Shown here one piece after another: positions 45,555 through 55,159 of a stretch of DNA of 64,000 bases. Location of the stretch: the NCBI GenBank assembly GCA_046344715.1, contig JBKDKX010000004.1:30892-94891 (forward strand), written 5' to 3'. The translations under genes were made by a program, and so were the position numbers. The notes beneath the pieces are model-generated. The model saw nothing but the letters and a program-made list of their open reading frames with translations. It had not been told where the DNA came from and ran no database searches. How positions within the stretch are numbered: the stretch's first letter is position 1; each line of letters starts with the position of its first letter. This stretch comes from Alphaproteobacteria bacterium. Lineage in GTDB: Bacteria; Pseudomonadota; Alphaproteobacteria; Rickettsiales; SXRF01.

Positions 45555-47965
45555 AATTTACCCTCTCATGGTTGAAAGACCATCTGGATACCAATGCATC
45601 TCTGGATGAGATCAGCAAAACCCTCACAGCCATTGGCCTTGAAGTGGAATCCATAACTGACCGCAGTGCAGCCCTGAAACCCTTCACAGTTGCTAAAGTA
45701 TTGCACGCAGAAAAACATCCCGAAGCAGATAAACTCCGCGTATGCAAAGTGCAGTCCGATATCGGCGAATTACAAATTGTCTGCGGTGCGCCAAATGCAC
45801 GTGCAGGTATTTTCGTAGCGCTTGCCAAGGAAGGTGCGCTGATTCCGCGTGACCAGTTCGTTATCAAAAAAACTAAGATACGTGGTGTGGAATCGAACGG
45901 TATGCTTTGCTCTGCCGATGAACTGGGAATTGGCGGTGATTCCGAAGGCATTATTGAGCTCCCTGAATCGCCCATCGGTGCATCTGTTGCTGAAATGATG
46001 GGGCTGAATGATCCTGTGATTGAAATCGCCATCACCCCAAACCGCGCCGATGCGCTTGGTATACGCGGCATTGCGCGTGACCTTGCGGCCGCTGGCCTTG
46101 GCACGCTGAAACCACTGCCAAATACATCCGGCATAAAAGGCTCTTTTGCATCGCCCGTGTCCATCAGCATTGCGGATGAGAACTGCCAACAATTCATCGG
46201 CTGTTATATTAAAGGTGTAAAAAATACCCCCTCTCCCGTATGGCTGAAAAACCGCCTTGCTGCGATTGGACAAAAATCCATTTCTGCACTGGTTGATATT
46301 TCCAACTATATCACCTTTGACCTTGGCCGCCCGCTGCATGTGTATGACGCGAAGAAATTAAATGGCAGTATCCACGTGCGCGCTGCCAAAGATGGCGAAA
46401 AACTTGCGGCACTTGATAACAAGGAATATTCCCTCACAAAAGATATGCTGGTGATAGCGGATGACCGTGCGGCACTTGGCCTTGGCGGTATCATTGGCGG
46501 CATGGAAACCGGTTGCACCCCAGAAACTACGGATGTGTTTTTAGAAGTGGCACTCTTCAATCCTATCAGCGTTGCCAAAACCGGCCGTGCGCTACAACTG
46601 AACACGGATGCACGTTACCGTTTTGAGCGTGGTGTTGATGTTGCCTTTGTGGAAGAAGGCGCAAAACATGCACTGCGTCTTATTAAAGAACTGTGCGGCG
46701 GTGAAGCCAGCGAATTGGTGAAAGCAGGCAACACACCAAACTGGAGACGTGAGATTGTATTTAATCCGCCACGTGTACATACCCTCGGAGGCGTAGATGT
46801 ACCCGCTGATAAATGTATCCAGATACTTACTTCCCTTGACTTCACCAGCCACCAGCCACAAGCCACAAGCCACTATCTTGTAAGCCCGCCTTCATGGCGT
46901 GCGGATGTGGAAGGCGAAGCCGATGTGGTGGAAGAGATCCTGCGCATCAATGGCTATGACCATATTCCGGCAACGCCATTGCCGAAATTTGCAACGATTA
47001 CAAAACCTGCACTGAATTTAATGCAGAAACGCACTCATCTGGCTAAGCGGCTGCTTGCTGCTCGCGGATTCATGGAATGCTGCACATGGTCTTTCCTTGC
47101 TGAAAAGCAGGCGAAATCATTCGGTGGCACAAATGCTGCACTGAAACTGGCAAACCCGATTTCGGCTGACCTTGACACCATGCGCCCATCCCTGCTTCCC
47201 AACCTTCTGGATGCCATGGGACGCAATGCCAATCGTGGTTTTATGGATTTATCTCTTTTTGAAGTCGGACTACAGTTCTCAGATACTAAACCCGAAGGCC
47301 AACGCATGGTAGCAGCAGGCGTACGTACCGGTATCTCTCAATATTATGATTACAAAGAACAACCGTTCAAACGCGATGGCCAATTTATTAATGCTTACGA
47401 TGCTAAAGCTGATGCACTTGCTGTACTGGACGCTCTAGGTATTACTACTAAAGGGATAACCATTACCACGAATACCCCCGCATGGTATCATCCTGGGCGC
47501 TCTGGAGCGTTAACATTAGGCGGTAAAATTATCCTTGGTTATTTTGGTGAAATTCATCCCACGATTAAGACTGATACTATTCTTGATATTATTTCGGGTT
47601 TTTGTGCATTTGAAATTTTCCTTGATGCCATACCTACCCCGCGCGCAAAAACAAAAGCAAAAGCATCGTTAAAACTTTCTGATTATCAGGCAGTGACACG
47701 TGATTTTGCATTCATTGTGGATTCTCAGGTGAGCGCATCAGATATCATCAGTGCCATCAACAAAGCTGAAAAACAACTCATCACCAATGTTGAGATATTC
47801 GATGTGTATGCTGGCAAAGGCGTGGAAGCCGGCAAGAAATCCGTGGCCGTGCAGGTGACATTGCAGGCAATGGATAAAACGCTCTCTGAAGCGGATATTC
47901 ACGCCATTTCCAACGCCATCATCGCCGCTGCCGCCAAAGGTTTCGGCGGCGTGCTAAGGCAATGA
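45551..47965 (+). CDS. pheT: Phenylalanine--tRNA ligase beta subunit
   Basis: 804 aa. N-terminal [14 protein letters not shown].. and tRNA-binding domain ..[12 protein letters not shown]... ATGA overlap with pheS. Confidence 0.95.
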   Translation: MKFTLSWLKDHLDTNASLDEISKTLTAIGLEVESITDRSAALKPFTVAKVLHAEKHPEADKLRVCKVQSDIGELQIVCGAPNARAGIFVALAKEGALIPRDQFVIKKTKIRGVESNGMLCSADELGIGGDSEGIIELPESPIGASVAEMMGLNDPVIEIAITPNRADALGIRGIARDLAAAGLGTLKPLPNTSGIKGSFASPVSISIADENCQQFIGCYIKGVKNTPSPVWLKNRLAAIGQKSISALVDISNYITFDLGRPLHVYDAKKLNGSIHVRAAKDGEKLAALDNKEYSLTKDMLVIADDRAALGLGGIIGGMETGCTPETTDVFLEVALFNPISVAKTGRALQLNTDARYRFERGVDVAFVEEGAKHALRLIKELCGGEASELVKAGNTPNWRREIVFNPPRVHTLGGVDVPADKCIQILTSLDFTSHQPQATSHYLVSPPSWRADVEGEADVVEEILRINGYDHIPATPLPKFATITKPALNLMQKRTHLAKRLLAARGFMECCTWSFLAEKQAKSFGGTNAALKLANPISADLDTMRPSLLPNLLDAMGRNANRGFMDLSLFEVGLQFSDTKPEGQRMVAAGVRTGISQYYDYKEQPFKRDGQFINAYDAKADALAVLDALGITTKGITITTNTPAWYHPGRSGALTLGGKIILGYFGEIHPTIKTDTILDIISGFCAFEIFLDAIPTPRAKTKAKASLKLSDYQAVTRDFAFIVDSQVSASDIISAINKAEKQLITNVEIFDVYAGKGVEAGKKSVAVQVTLQAMDKTLSEADIHAISNAIIAAAAKGFGGVLRQ
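46845..46872 (+). repeat. Heptanucleotide tandem repeat inside pheT coding sequence
   Basis: CCAGCCA CCAGCCA CAAGCCA CAAGCCA (4 x 7 nt), translated as ..SHQPQATSH... Confidence 0.6.
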
Positions 47966-48612
47966 CACCTGCATACTGGAATGAAGCCAAAACACACCTA
48001 AGCAAGCACGACAAGGTGCTTGGCAAGATCATCAAAACTTACAAAGGTGAGATACTCACTTCCCGTGGCGATGCGTTTTACACGCTGGCGCGCTCGATTG
48101 CAGGACAACAAATATCTGTGAAAGCCGCGGATACCATCTGGAAGCGGCTGGAAGATGCACTTAATAACCCTCACCCTACCCTCTCCCTAAAAGGGAGAGG
48201 GATTACGCCACAGAATATGTTGGCCACTGCACCAGAAATACTACGTTCTACTGGTCTTTCCACCCAAAAAGTCACCTATATGCACGCACTTTCCCAACAT
48301 TTTGCAGAAAATGAAAAGCGCATCAAGAACCTGCATAAATTCGACGATGAGGAGATCATTGCAGAACTCACCTCCGTCAAAGGCCTTGGAAGATGGACAG
48401 TAGAGATGTTCCTCATCTTTCATATGGGCAGGCCGGATGTGCTGCCACTGGCCGATATCGGCCTGCAAAAAGCGATATTCAAGCATTATAATAAGGGTGA
48501 AAAACTGCCTAAAGCAAAACTGATAACACTGGCAGAACCTTGGAAACCCTACCGTTCCGTGGCTACGTGGTATCTCTGGCGTTCGCTGGATCCGATTCCC
48601 GTTGAATATTAA
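47962..48612 (+). CDS. DNA-3-methyladenine glycosylase II (AlkA-like, HhH-GPD superfamily)
   Basis: 216 aa. HhH ..LTSVKGLGRWTVEMFLIF.. and Asp-containing ..DVLPLADIGLQKA... ATGA overlap with the pheT stop. Confidence 0.8.
   Translation: MTPAYWNEAKTHLSKHDKVLGKIIKTYKGEILTSRGDAFYTLARSIAGQQISVKAADTIWKRLEDALNNPHPTLSLKGRGITPQNMLATAPEILRSTGLSTQKVTYMHALSQHFAENEKRIKNLHKFDDEEIIAELTSVKGLGRWTVEMFLIFHMGRPDVLPLADIGLQKAIFKHYNKGEKLPKAKLITLAEPWKPYRSVATWYLWRSLDPIPVEY
48169..48201 (+). repeat. In-frame 33-nt palindromic insertion within the glycosylase gene
   Basis: CCTCACCCTACCCTCTCCCTAAAAGGGAGAGGG encodes PHPTLSLKGRG. It contains a perfect 9-bp hairpin, CCCTCTCCC (48179-48187) TAAAA GGGAGAGGG (48193-48201). 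Confidence 0.6.
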
Positions 48613-48658
48613 TATAATTTAATATATCCCTACATCGAGAGAATGAGGGTCACTGACA

Positions 48659-49336
48659 ATGATACAAAAAATTGCCGCTTACATCTTTTGCTTTTTCTGC
48701 TTTTTACATAACGCATCTGCAAATGATGGCAGAGCATGCTGCGTGGGCAAACAGCCACACTGGTACCTTGGAATAGGAGGTGGCATTACATTTCTTGATG
48801 ATATGGATGTTGAAGAATCCTCACCCACGGGGCTGACCCAGGCAATTCAGCATGATATGGGGTTTAATTTTTCCGGACAACTTGGCTATCGAATCATTCC
48901 CAATGCTCGCCTTGAGTTAGAAGGGATATACATAAAAAATAAAGTAGATAAGTATGTTGGTGGAACATTAGATGCAGGTTCTAACTCTGCAAATAAAACC
49001 TATGCTGTAATGGCTAATGGTTATTTTGATTTCTTTAGATCACGCGAAGTTAACCCCTACATTGGTGCAGGTATTGGTAGTGCAACGATTACCACACCCA
49101 TTGTGCGTGGTATCGCAGGTGAAGATCACCGGTTAAAAGACGAGTGGATCCTGGCTTACCAATTCATGGCAGGCGCAAACTTTCCGGTACCTGAAACACC
49201 ATTTTATTTCAGCCTAGGCTACCGCTATTTTACGACACAGGATGCAGAAGTGGAGTATACAGCAACTCCGGGGTACAATGTAAAATTCAACCACACGTCA
49301 CATAATATAGAGCTTGGCGGCAAGCTATATTTCTAA
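48659..49336 (+). CDS. Outer-membrane beta-barrel protein (OmpA-like/Omp25/opacity family)
   Basis: 225 aa. Signal peptide MIQKIAAYIFCFFCFLHNASA. Alternating amphipathic strands. C-terminal ..ELGGKLYF with terminal Phe. Confidence 0.7.
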   Translation: MIQKIAAYIFCFFCFLHNASANDGRACCVGKQPHWYLGIGGGITFLDDMDVEESSPTGLTQAIQHDMGFNFSGQLGYRIIPNARLELEGIYIKNKVDKYVGGTLDAGSNSANKTYAVMANGYFDFFRSREVNPYIGAGIGSATITTPIVRGIAGEDHRLKDEWILAYQFMAGANFPVPETPFYFSLGYRYFTTQDAEVEYTATPGYNVKFNHTSHNIELGGKLYF

Positions 49337-49373
49337 TAGTGTTTCTCACTACACGTACTAAAGAGAGAGATTC

Positions 49374-50666
49374 ATGATTCCCCGCTACTCCCGCCCTGAA
49401 ATGGCATCCATCTGGTCTGACCAGACACGTTATCAAATCTGGTTTGAAATCGAAGCGCACGCCTGCGATGCACTGGCGCAATTAGGCGTTATCCCGAAAG
49501 AATCTGCCAAGACCATCTGGGAAAAAGGCAAATTTGATCCTGCGCGCATTGATGAGATTGAGCGCACCACCAAACATGACGTGATCGCTTTCCTCACTAA
49601 CGTGGCGGAATATGTGGGGCCGGAAGCACGTTTCCTGCATCAGGGCATGACGAGTTCCGATGTGCTGGATACCTGCCTTTCCGTGCAGCTTGCAAGGGCG
49701 AGCGATATATTGCTTGCCGATATTGACGCGCTGCTTGCCGCCATCAAACGCCGCGCATACGAAACCAAGGATGTGCCGACTGTTGGCCGCAGCCACGGCA
49801 TTCACGCTGAACCGGTGACCTTTGGGCTGAAACTTGCCGGATATTACGCCGAGTTCTCACGCTGCCGCGAACGCCTCATGGCTGCCCGCAAGGAAATTGC
49901 CACCTGTGCTATTTCTGGTGCTGTTGGCACATTCGCCAATATTGATCCATTCGTTGAACAATATGTGGCGGGGAAAATGGGGCTTGCAGTGGAGCCGCAC
50001 TCTACACAGGTGATCCCACGTGACCGCCACGCCATGTTCTTTGCAACGCTTGCAGTAATCGCAAGCAGCATGGAACGGCTTGCAACCGAAGTGCGCCATT
50101 TGCAGCGCACCGAAGTGCTGGAAGCCGAGGAATATTTCTCCCCCGGGCAAAAAGGCTCATCCGCCATGCCGCACAAGCGCAACCCTGTGCTGTCTGAGAA
50201 TGTAACTGGACTTGCACGCCTCGTACGCGGCTATGCAATGCCTGCCATGGAAAATGTGGCGCTCTGGCATGAGCGTGATATTTCGCATTCTTCGGTTGAG
50301 CGCATGATTGCACCGGATGCCACAGTAACACTCGATTTTGCACTGAATCGCCTGACCGGACTCATTGACAAGCTCGTGGTGTATCCAGAAAACATGAAAA
50401 AGAATATGGATAAGCTCGGTGGCTTGGTGTTCTCGCAGCGCGTACTGCTGGCACTTACACAAGCGGGCGTGAGCCGCGAGGATTCTTACCGGTTGGTACA
50501 GCGCAATGCCATGAAAGTATGGGAACATGGCAAAGACTTCCTAACCGAATTGCTGGCAGATGCCGAAGTAACAGCAAAACTAAAACCCGATGCCATCAAG
50601 GCACTGTTTGATGTGAGTTACCACACCAAGCATGTGGATACGATTTTCAAACGTGTGTTTGGCTAA
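49374..50666 (+). CDS. purB: Adenylosuccinate lyase
   Basis: 430 aa. MIPRYSRPEM..IWSDQTRYQIWFEIE.. and signature ..GSSAMPHKRNP... Confidence 0.95.
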   Translation: MIPRYSRPEMASIWSDQTRYQIWFEIEAHACDALAQLGVIPKESAKTIWEKGKFDPARIDEIERTTKHDVIAFLTNVAEYVGPEARFLHQGMTSSDVLDTCLSVQLARASDILLADIDALLAAIKRRAYETKDVPTVGRSHGIHAEPVTFGLKLAGYYAEFSRCRERLMAARKEIATCAISGAVGTFANIDPFVEQYVAGKMGLAVEPHSTQVIPRDRHAMFFATLAVIASSMERLATEVRHLQRTEVLEAEEYFSPGQKGSSAMPHKRNPVLSENVTGLARLVRGYAMPAMENVALWHERDISHSSVERMIAPDATVTLDFALNRLTGLIDKLVVYPENMKKNMDKLGGLVFSQRVLLALTQAGVSREDSYRLVQRNAMKVWEHGKDFLTELLADAEVTAKLKPDAIKALFDVSYHTKHVDTIFKRVFG

Positions 50667-50667
50667 C

Positions 50668-51090
50668 GTGTCCTTTACCCTACACCCACAACTTGCTGCT
50701 GATACCGCGCATATATGCGACCTAGAGATATGCCGCGTGTTACTGATGAACAACCAGCACTTTCACTGGCTGATACTGGTGCCCATGCGCGAGAATATCC
50801 GCGAACTACATGAGCTGGATGATGCGGATTATTCTAAGGTGATGGAAGAAGTCCGCAACGTATCAAAAAAACTAGCCTCTCATACGGGGGCACACAAAAT
50901 GAATGTAGCAGCACTAGGCAATATTGTGCCGCAGCTGCATATCCACATCATTGCCCGCTTTGAGAATGACCCCGCATGGCCAAAACCGGTGTGGGGATAC
51001 ACGGGATTCCTGCCTTATAATGAGACAATCCTGAAATCAAAAATCGCTGAAATAGCAGGATTATTCGGCTCAATCAGAACCATAAAATAG
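50668..51090 (+). CDS. HIT family hydrolase
   Basis: ORF track starts at 50632 inside purB. I prefer the GTG at 50668 (VSFTLHPQLAADT...). Histidine triad ..PQLHIHIIARF... Confidence 0.8.
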   Translation: MSFTLHPQLAADTAHICDLEICRVLLMNNQHFHWLILVPMRENIRELHELDDADYSKVMEEVRNVSKKLASHTGAHKMNVAALGNIVPQLHIHIIARFENDPAWPKPVWGYTGFLPYNETILKSKIAEIAGLFGSIRTIK

Positions 51091-51292
51091 CCCCATTATT
51101 TATTGTAACTCCCGAGAAAGCGAGAGGTTTATTCGTTAAAACAATTCCCCTGCTTTCGCAGGGGTGACAATAAGAGTTCGAACATTACAAAAATGTAATG
51201 CTTCCCCCATTGTAGTTTAATCTGGCTAATGTTAGAACTGCATTCGTTCCGCAAGGGAACGTTTAACAACTTAAATCTAAAAGGATTTTACA

Positions 51293-51499
51293 ATGAAAAC
51301 TCTTGCTCTCCTCGCCGTTCTCGGCCTCGTTGCTGCTCCTGCTTTCGCTTCTCCAGAAGCTGCTAAAGACGCTGCTGCTCCTGCTGCTAAAGAAGAAATT
51401 GCTAAAGATGCAGTTAAAGCTGAAGATGCTGCTAAAGCTGCTCCTGCTGCTGGCGAAAAAGCAGAAAAAGAAGTTAAAAAAGAAGAAGCTAAACACTAA
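51293..51499 (+). CDS. Small secreted Ala/Lys/Glu-rich protein
   Basis: 68 aa. Signal peptide MKTLALLAVLGLVAAPAFA, then AKDAAAPAAKEE.. low complexity. AAGGA-type RBS 8 nt upstream, heavy GCT codon use and a strong terminator downstream. Confidence 0.55.
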   Translation: MKTLALLAVLGLVAAPAFASPEAAKDAAAPAAKEEIAKDAVKAEDAAKAAPAAGEKAEKEVKKEEAKH

Positions 51500-51521
51500 T
51501 CTTTTTTGATTCTTGTATAAG

Positions 51522-51551
51522 AACGCGCTGGCTTAGGTCAGCGCGTTTTTT
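51522..51551 (+). terminator. Rho-independent terminator
   Basis: AACGCGCTG-GCTTAGGT-CAGCGCGTT followed by TTTTTT. Confidence 0.8.
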
Positions 51552-51693
51552 ATTGGCTAAAACGTGCGGCCGTCATTCCTGCAGAAAATCACACTATTTC
51601 GAGCCTATATTTATATAAATACGCGCGAGTGTTATGCCCCGGAAGGGGAAAAGTACAACATTGCATGAAGAAAATTCTGGCAATGACGGATAT

Positions 51694-52701
51694 TTACTGC
51701 AAATCCTTCTTAGCAGCAACATTCACGACATCGCAAAGCCACTGATGCAGGCTCTTGCCCGATGCTTTGGCTGCCTTGGTTGCCAAGCGTTTTACTTCCG
51801 GTGTGACACCTTCCATGTGCCCATAATATCGCGTGCGGTGCGTACCGCCACGTGGGCCAGGAATGTCGAAATCAAGGTTTGCATAGGGCGTGCCCTCGCC
51901 CACCTCAAAATCAATCACGTAAAATACTTCACCGATGATCCAACGCAGGCGGGTGTTACGCGCTTCAACCGGCATATGCTCCAGCGGCAGATGATACCTA
52001 TAATGCGGATTGGAATTCATGAGCACTTTGCCAAATTCCGTCTCGCGCAGCCACAGTGGCATACTCTCATCACCCATCACCACCTTGCCACCGACTTTAG
52101 TAACACGCACGGCTTCTTTAAGCGCACGGGCAATATCCGCAAAGGTATTGAGCCCACCGAAATGATAGGTGGCATCGAAATATTTATCGGGAAATGGTAA
52201 GTAGCTACCATTGGAAATAAAGAATGCCGGATTGGGTGTGGCATCCTTGAGTTTGGCAACCGCCTTATCAAAAAGTCCCGCCGAAATATCCTGCATAAAA
52301 AGCTGGCCGCCTTTTCCAAGCCGCTTCAAAATTAATTCTGAATCACGCCCACTGCCTGCACCAATCTCTAGCACTCTGGAATCCGGCTTCAGGCGCAGAT
52401 CATCAATCATGCTGTTTCGCGCCGCCGTTTCATCCACTTTGAACGTATCAAAGGTAAGCGGCAGGTATTCATCATATTCATCGGCTTTTTCATTATAATA
52501 TTGCCGAGCTTCGGCATCACTTTGACCCAGCACAAACGGATAAGTAAAATCCGGTACACCGGATTTTATGGGATAACGATTGCCATTACTGGCGATGAAC
52601 ACTCCCTCCAACACATTCCCGTTGTATTCTTTAGTAATTTCCAGTTTCAGCTTATCGCCAGTAGCAGGGCAACGATAATTCTCGGCCAGTTCTTTTTTCA
52701 T
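51694..52701 (-). CDS. Class I SAM-dependent methyltransferase with N-terminal Trm112-like zinc-ribbon-type domain
   Basis: 335 aa. N-terminus ..YRCPATGDKLKL...NRYPIKSGVPDF... SAM motif I ..RVLEIGAGSGRDS... C-terminal tail ..SLHQWLCDVVNVAAKK.. resembles RHH/HicB-antitoxin-type endings. Confidence 0.75.
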   Translation of the reverse strand: MKKELAENYRCPATGDKLKLEITKEYNGNVLEGVFIASNGNRYPIKSGVPDFTYPFVLGQSDAEARQYYNEKADEYDEYLPLTFDTFKVDETAARNSMIDDLRLKPDSRVLEIGAGSGRDSELILKRLGKGGQLFMQDISAGLFDKAVAKLKDATPNPAFFISNGSYLPFPDKYFDATYHFGGLNTFADIARALKEAVRVTKVGGKVVMGDESMPLWLRETEFGKVLMNSNPHYRYHLPLEHMPVEARNTRLRWIIGEVFYVIDFEVGEGTPYANLDFDIPGPRGGTHRTRYYGHMEGVTPEVKRLATKAAKASGKSLHQWLCDVVNVAAKKDLQ

Positions 52702-52708
52702 GCACTAC

Positions 52709-53383
52709 CTATTTTAGTGTGTTCATTTTCAGGAATTGTTCGCTAGTCAGGCGGAAACGCGGCGTTTCAGGGGCGATATACACACTGCCTTCCGGGGCAT
52801 CCCTGGTAATTAGCGCACCAGCACCAATCAGACTATGCGCGCCGATGCTGATTTCATGGCCGATGGTAGCACCAAGCCCCAGAAAACAATTATCACCAAC
52901 GCGGCAATTACCGCCAATAGTAACATTCGATGTTACCCAACAATAGTCACCCATTTGCGTATGATGACCGATGATAGCATTCGTCCAGATAAAACACCCG
53001 CTGCCGATTTTTGTGCGCGGCTGTAGCGGCTCACCGGACATAATGAAATTATTATCCCCCATAGGGCTTTTGATATGTTTATTTGCAGAACTGATATAAT
53101 TAGGAAGTGTATAGCCTTTCTTGCGTGCTTCTTCGCAGCGCACCGCACGCAGGCGGTTCATTTGCTGGTAACCCACGGCCACAAATAAATCATGCGACTG
53201 CGAAGGAAAATGCTTTTCCATCTCATCAAATGCTACCACCGGTAGGCCTTCGAACATACCACCCTGCGGTATATAGGCCTTATCCACCGCAAACCCCGCG
53301 ATGGAGTAATCACTATCAGTTGCAAAGTGATGCAGCACCACCTGCCCGATTTTACCAATGCCGAATATCACCAGTTTTTTCAT
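52709..53383 (-). CDS. NeuD/PglB/VioB-family hexapeptide-repeat acyltransferase
   Basis: 224 aa. N-terminal Rossmann-like MKKLVIFGIGKIGQVV. Left-handed beta-helix repeats ..IGHHTQMGDYCWVTSNVTIGGNCRVGDNCFLGLGATIGHEISIGAHSLIGAGALI... Confidence 0.8.
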   Translation of the reverse strand: MKKLVIFGIGKIGQVVLHHFATDSDYSIAGFAVDKAYIPQGGMFEGLPVVAFDEMEKHFPSQSHDLFVAVGYQQMNRLRAVRCEEARKKGYTLPNYISSANKHIKSPMGDNNFIMSGEPLQPRTKIGSGCFIWTNAIIGHHTQMGDYCWVTSNVTIGGNCRVGDNCFLGLGATIGHEISIGAHSLIGAGALITRDAPEGSVYIAPETPRFRLTSEQFLKMNTLK

Positions 53384-53384
53384 A

Positions 53385-54905
53385 CTACCCTAACCCTGCC
53401 AGTAATGCCTTGCGATCCACTTTACCGTTCGCATTTTTTGGCAAGCTCTCCATTATCATAATTTCATCAGGTATCATGTAAGACGGAAGCTTGCTGCGCA
53501 AACAGTTTTTTATGTCCTGCGCCGCCAGTTCTTGTGCAAGCGTTACAAACGCTACAATACGGCCAACTGACACACTCTTTCGGTGATACACCACGGCCCC
53601 TTGTGATACCTCAGCAAGCCCCGCCAGCGCAGCTTCAATTTCTTCCAGCTCGATGCGATACCCCATATGTTTTATCTGGTTGTCCTTGCGGCCTCTAAAA
53701 TGCAGGTATCCTGTGGTGGGATCTCGCCGTACCAGATCGCCTGTGCGGTAACACATCTGGCCAGATTCAGGTGATATAGGGTTTACCAGAAACGATACAC
53801 TGGTGCGCTCAGCATCATTATAATACCCAAGTGCCACTTGCGAACTGCACAGCAGCAACTCGCCAATCTCGCCATCTTTTACTGTTTTTCCTGATTCATC
53901 TAACACCAACCCATCAAATTCCTTGGCTAAGAATCCAAGCGGAGCCAGCATATCCATATCGGTAAAATCTTTGTCTGAAATAGCATAGGCAGAACAAATA
54001 CAAGTGCATTCCGTTGGTCCATACACATTCCAGAGTGTCGTCTGCTGTCCAAACATATTATAAAGCTTTTGCAGCTCGGTCTTGGCATAGCCTTCACCAC
54101 CAAAAACAATGGCGCGCATGGCGGGCCAGCTTTCTTTGGTGAGTGCTTTCATCGCCATCAGGTATATAAGCATGGAAGGTACAGAAAACCATAGGGTGCA
54201 GCCATTAAGTTGCTCAACTAACTTCTTGGCCTGCTTGAGCGTACCGCGCGTAACAGGCATTAAGCACGCACTATTAAAAAGTGATGCGGTAAAATCAAAC
54301 ACCGAATTATCAAAATAAAGTGGATTTACGCCCGATAATTTGTCCTGCGGCGTGATAGAGAATGTATCTCTCGCCCAATGGCAGAAATTCAGCATACTGC
54401 CATGAGAAATGGTAACACCCTTGGGAAATCCTGTGGAACCAGAAGTAAACATCAGGTAGGCAGGCTTGTCAGGCGATACGCTATGGATAACTTCCATTGC
54501 CAGCGGCTCATGCAAAGCCTCAAGCAAAGAAAAATGGTAAATCTCTGTATCCTTCCAGTGAAATTCTGCCTCGGAACTGATAATCAGGCCGGGCTTGCAC
54601 CTGTCCAATATTTTATCGAGCCGCTCGGTGGGGCTTTCCATATCCAACACCACATACGGTACACCCGCCTTGAGTGCGCCAAGCATGGAGGCATAGGTCC
54701 ACATATGCTTATCGGCAAAAATAGCCAGCGGACGCGATGGGCCAAGATTTTTATTCACTAGCAAGGCAGCAACGCAGTCGCTATGTTCATCGAGCGCACG
54801 GTACGAAACTGACTCACCACCCTCCATGCAAAGAGCGGTGTGTTCGGGATGTCTTCTGGCTACTTCCTTGAAACGTAGCCCCATATTAAAAATTGCTGTT
54901 GCCAT
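53385..54905 (-). CDS. Adenylate-forming enzyme (AMP-binding; DltA/amino-acid adenylation-like)
   Basis: 506 aa. Core motifs ..MFTSGSTGFPKG.., ..YGPTE.., ..YRTGDLV.., ..GRKDNQIKHMGYRIELEEIE.. and ..PKNANGKVDRKAL... Confidence 0.85.
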   Translation of the reverse strand: MATAIFNMGLRFKEVARRHPEHTALCMEGGESVSYRALDEHSDCVAALLVNKNLGPSRPLAIFADKHMWTYASMLGALKAGVPYVVLDMESPTERLDKILDRCKPGLIISSEAEFHWKDTEIYHFSLLEALHEPLAMEVIHSVSPDKPAYLMFTSGSTGFPKGVTISHGSMLNFCHWARDTFSITPQDKLSGVNPLYFDNSVFDFTASLFNSACLMPVTRGTLKQAKKLVEQLNGCTLWFSVPSMLIYLMAMKALTKESWPAMRAIVFGGEGYAKTELQKLYNMFGQQTTLWNVYGPTECTCICSAYAISDKDFTDMDMLAPLGFLAKEFDGLVLDESGKTVKDGEIGELLLCSSQVALGYYNDAERTSVSFLVNPISPESGQMCYRTGDLVRRDPTTGYLHFRGRKDNQIKHMGYRIELEEIEAALAGLAEVSQGAVVYHRKSVSVGRIVAFVTLAQELAAQDIKNCLRSKLPSYMIPDEIMIMESLPKNANGKVDRKALLAGLG

Positions 54906-54934
54906 AGTGCTATGAAATTTGGAATAAATAACAC

Positions 54935-55159
54935 ATGATTACAATACATAAATTAATAGCAGACGTATTAAGGTTACCCGAAGCATCAGTGACTGGCGAT
55001 ACCTCTATGGAAAATACTCAGGAATGGGATTCGCTCAAACATATTGAGATCATTGTCGCTATCGAACAACAGCTTGGTGTTGAACTGACCGGCGATGAGA
55101 TAGCTGATATGATATCCGTCAAAGCCATTGAAACCATTTTGCACAGGCACCGTCTATGA
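54935..55159 (+). CDS. Acyl/peptidyl carrier protein
   Basis: 74 aa. Phosphopantetheine site ..TQEWDSLKHIEIIVAIE... Divergent from the adenylase gene across a 29-bp spacer. Confidence 0.8.
   Translation: MITIHKLIADVLRLPEASVTGDTSMENTQEWDSLKHIEIIVAIEQQLGVELTGDEIADMISVKAIETILHRHRL

Noticed and set aside
45499-46197. 232-aa minus-strand ORF antisense to the pheS/pheT junction
   Set aside because: It is fully overlapped by the strongly supported pheS and pheT genes. Its Ser/Ala/Pro/Arg-rich composition is typical of an antisense shadow ORF, and it has no recognisable motifs.
51263-51509. Two alternative low-complexity ORFs (minus strand 51263-51496; plus strand 51303-51509) overlapping the small secreted-protein gene
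   Set aside because: They are products of the repetitive GCT/AAA-rich sequence. Only the 51293-51499 frame has a signal peptide, an RBS and a downstream terminator.
51572-51687. Possible 116-bp GTCATT...AATGAC-bounded element downstream of the Trm112-domain methyltransferase gene
   Set aside because: Only the 6-nt termini and a loose AT-rich similarity are complementary. The arms do not align convincingly, so it is not reported as a repeat feature.
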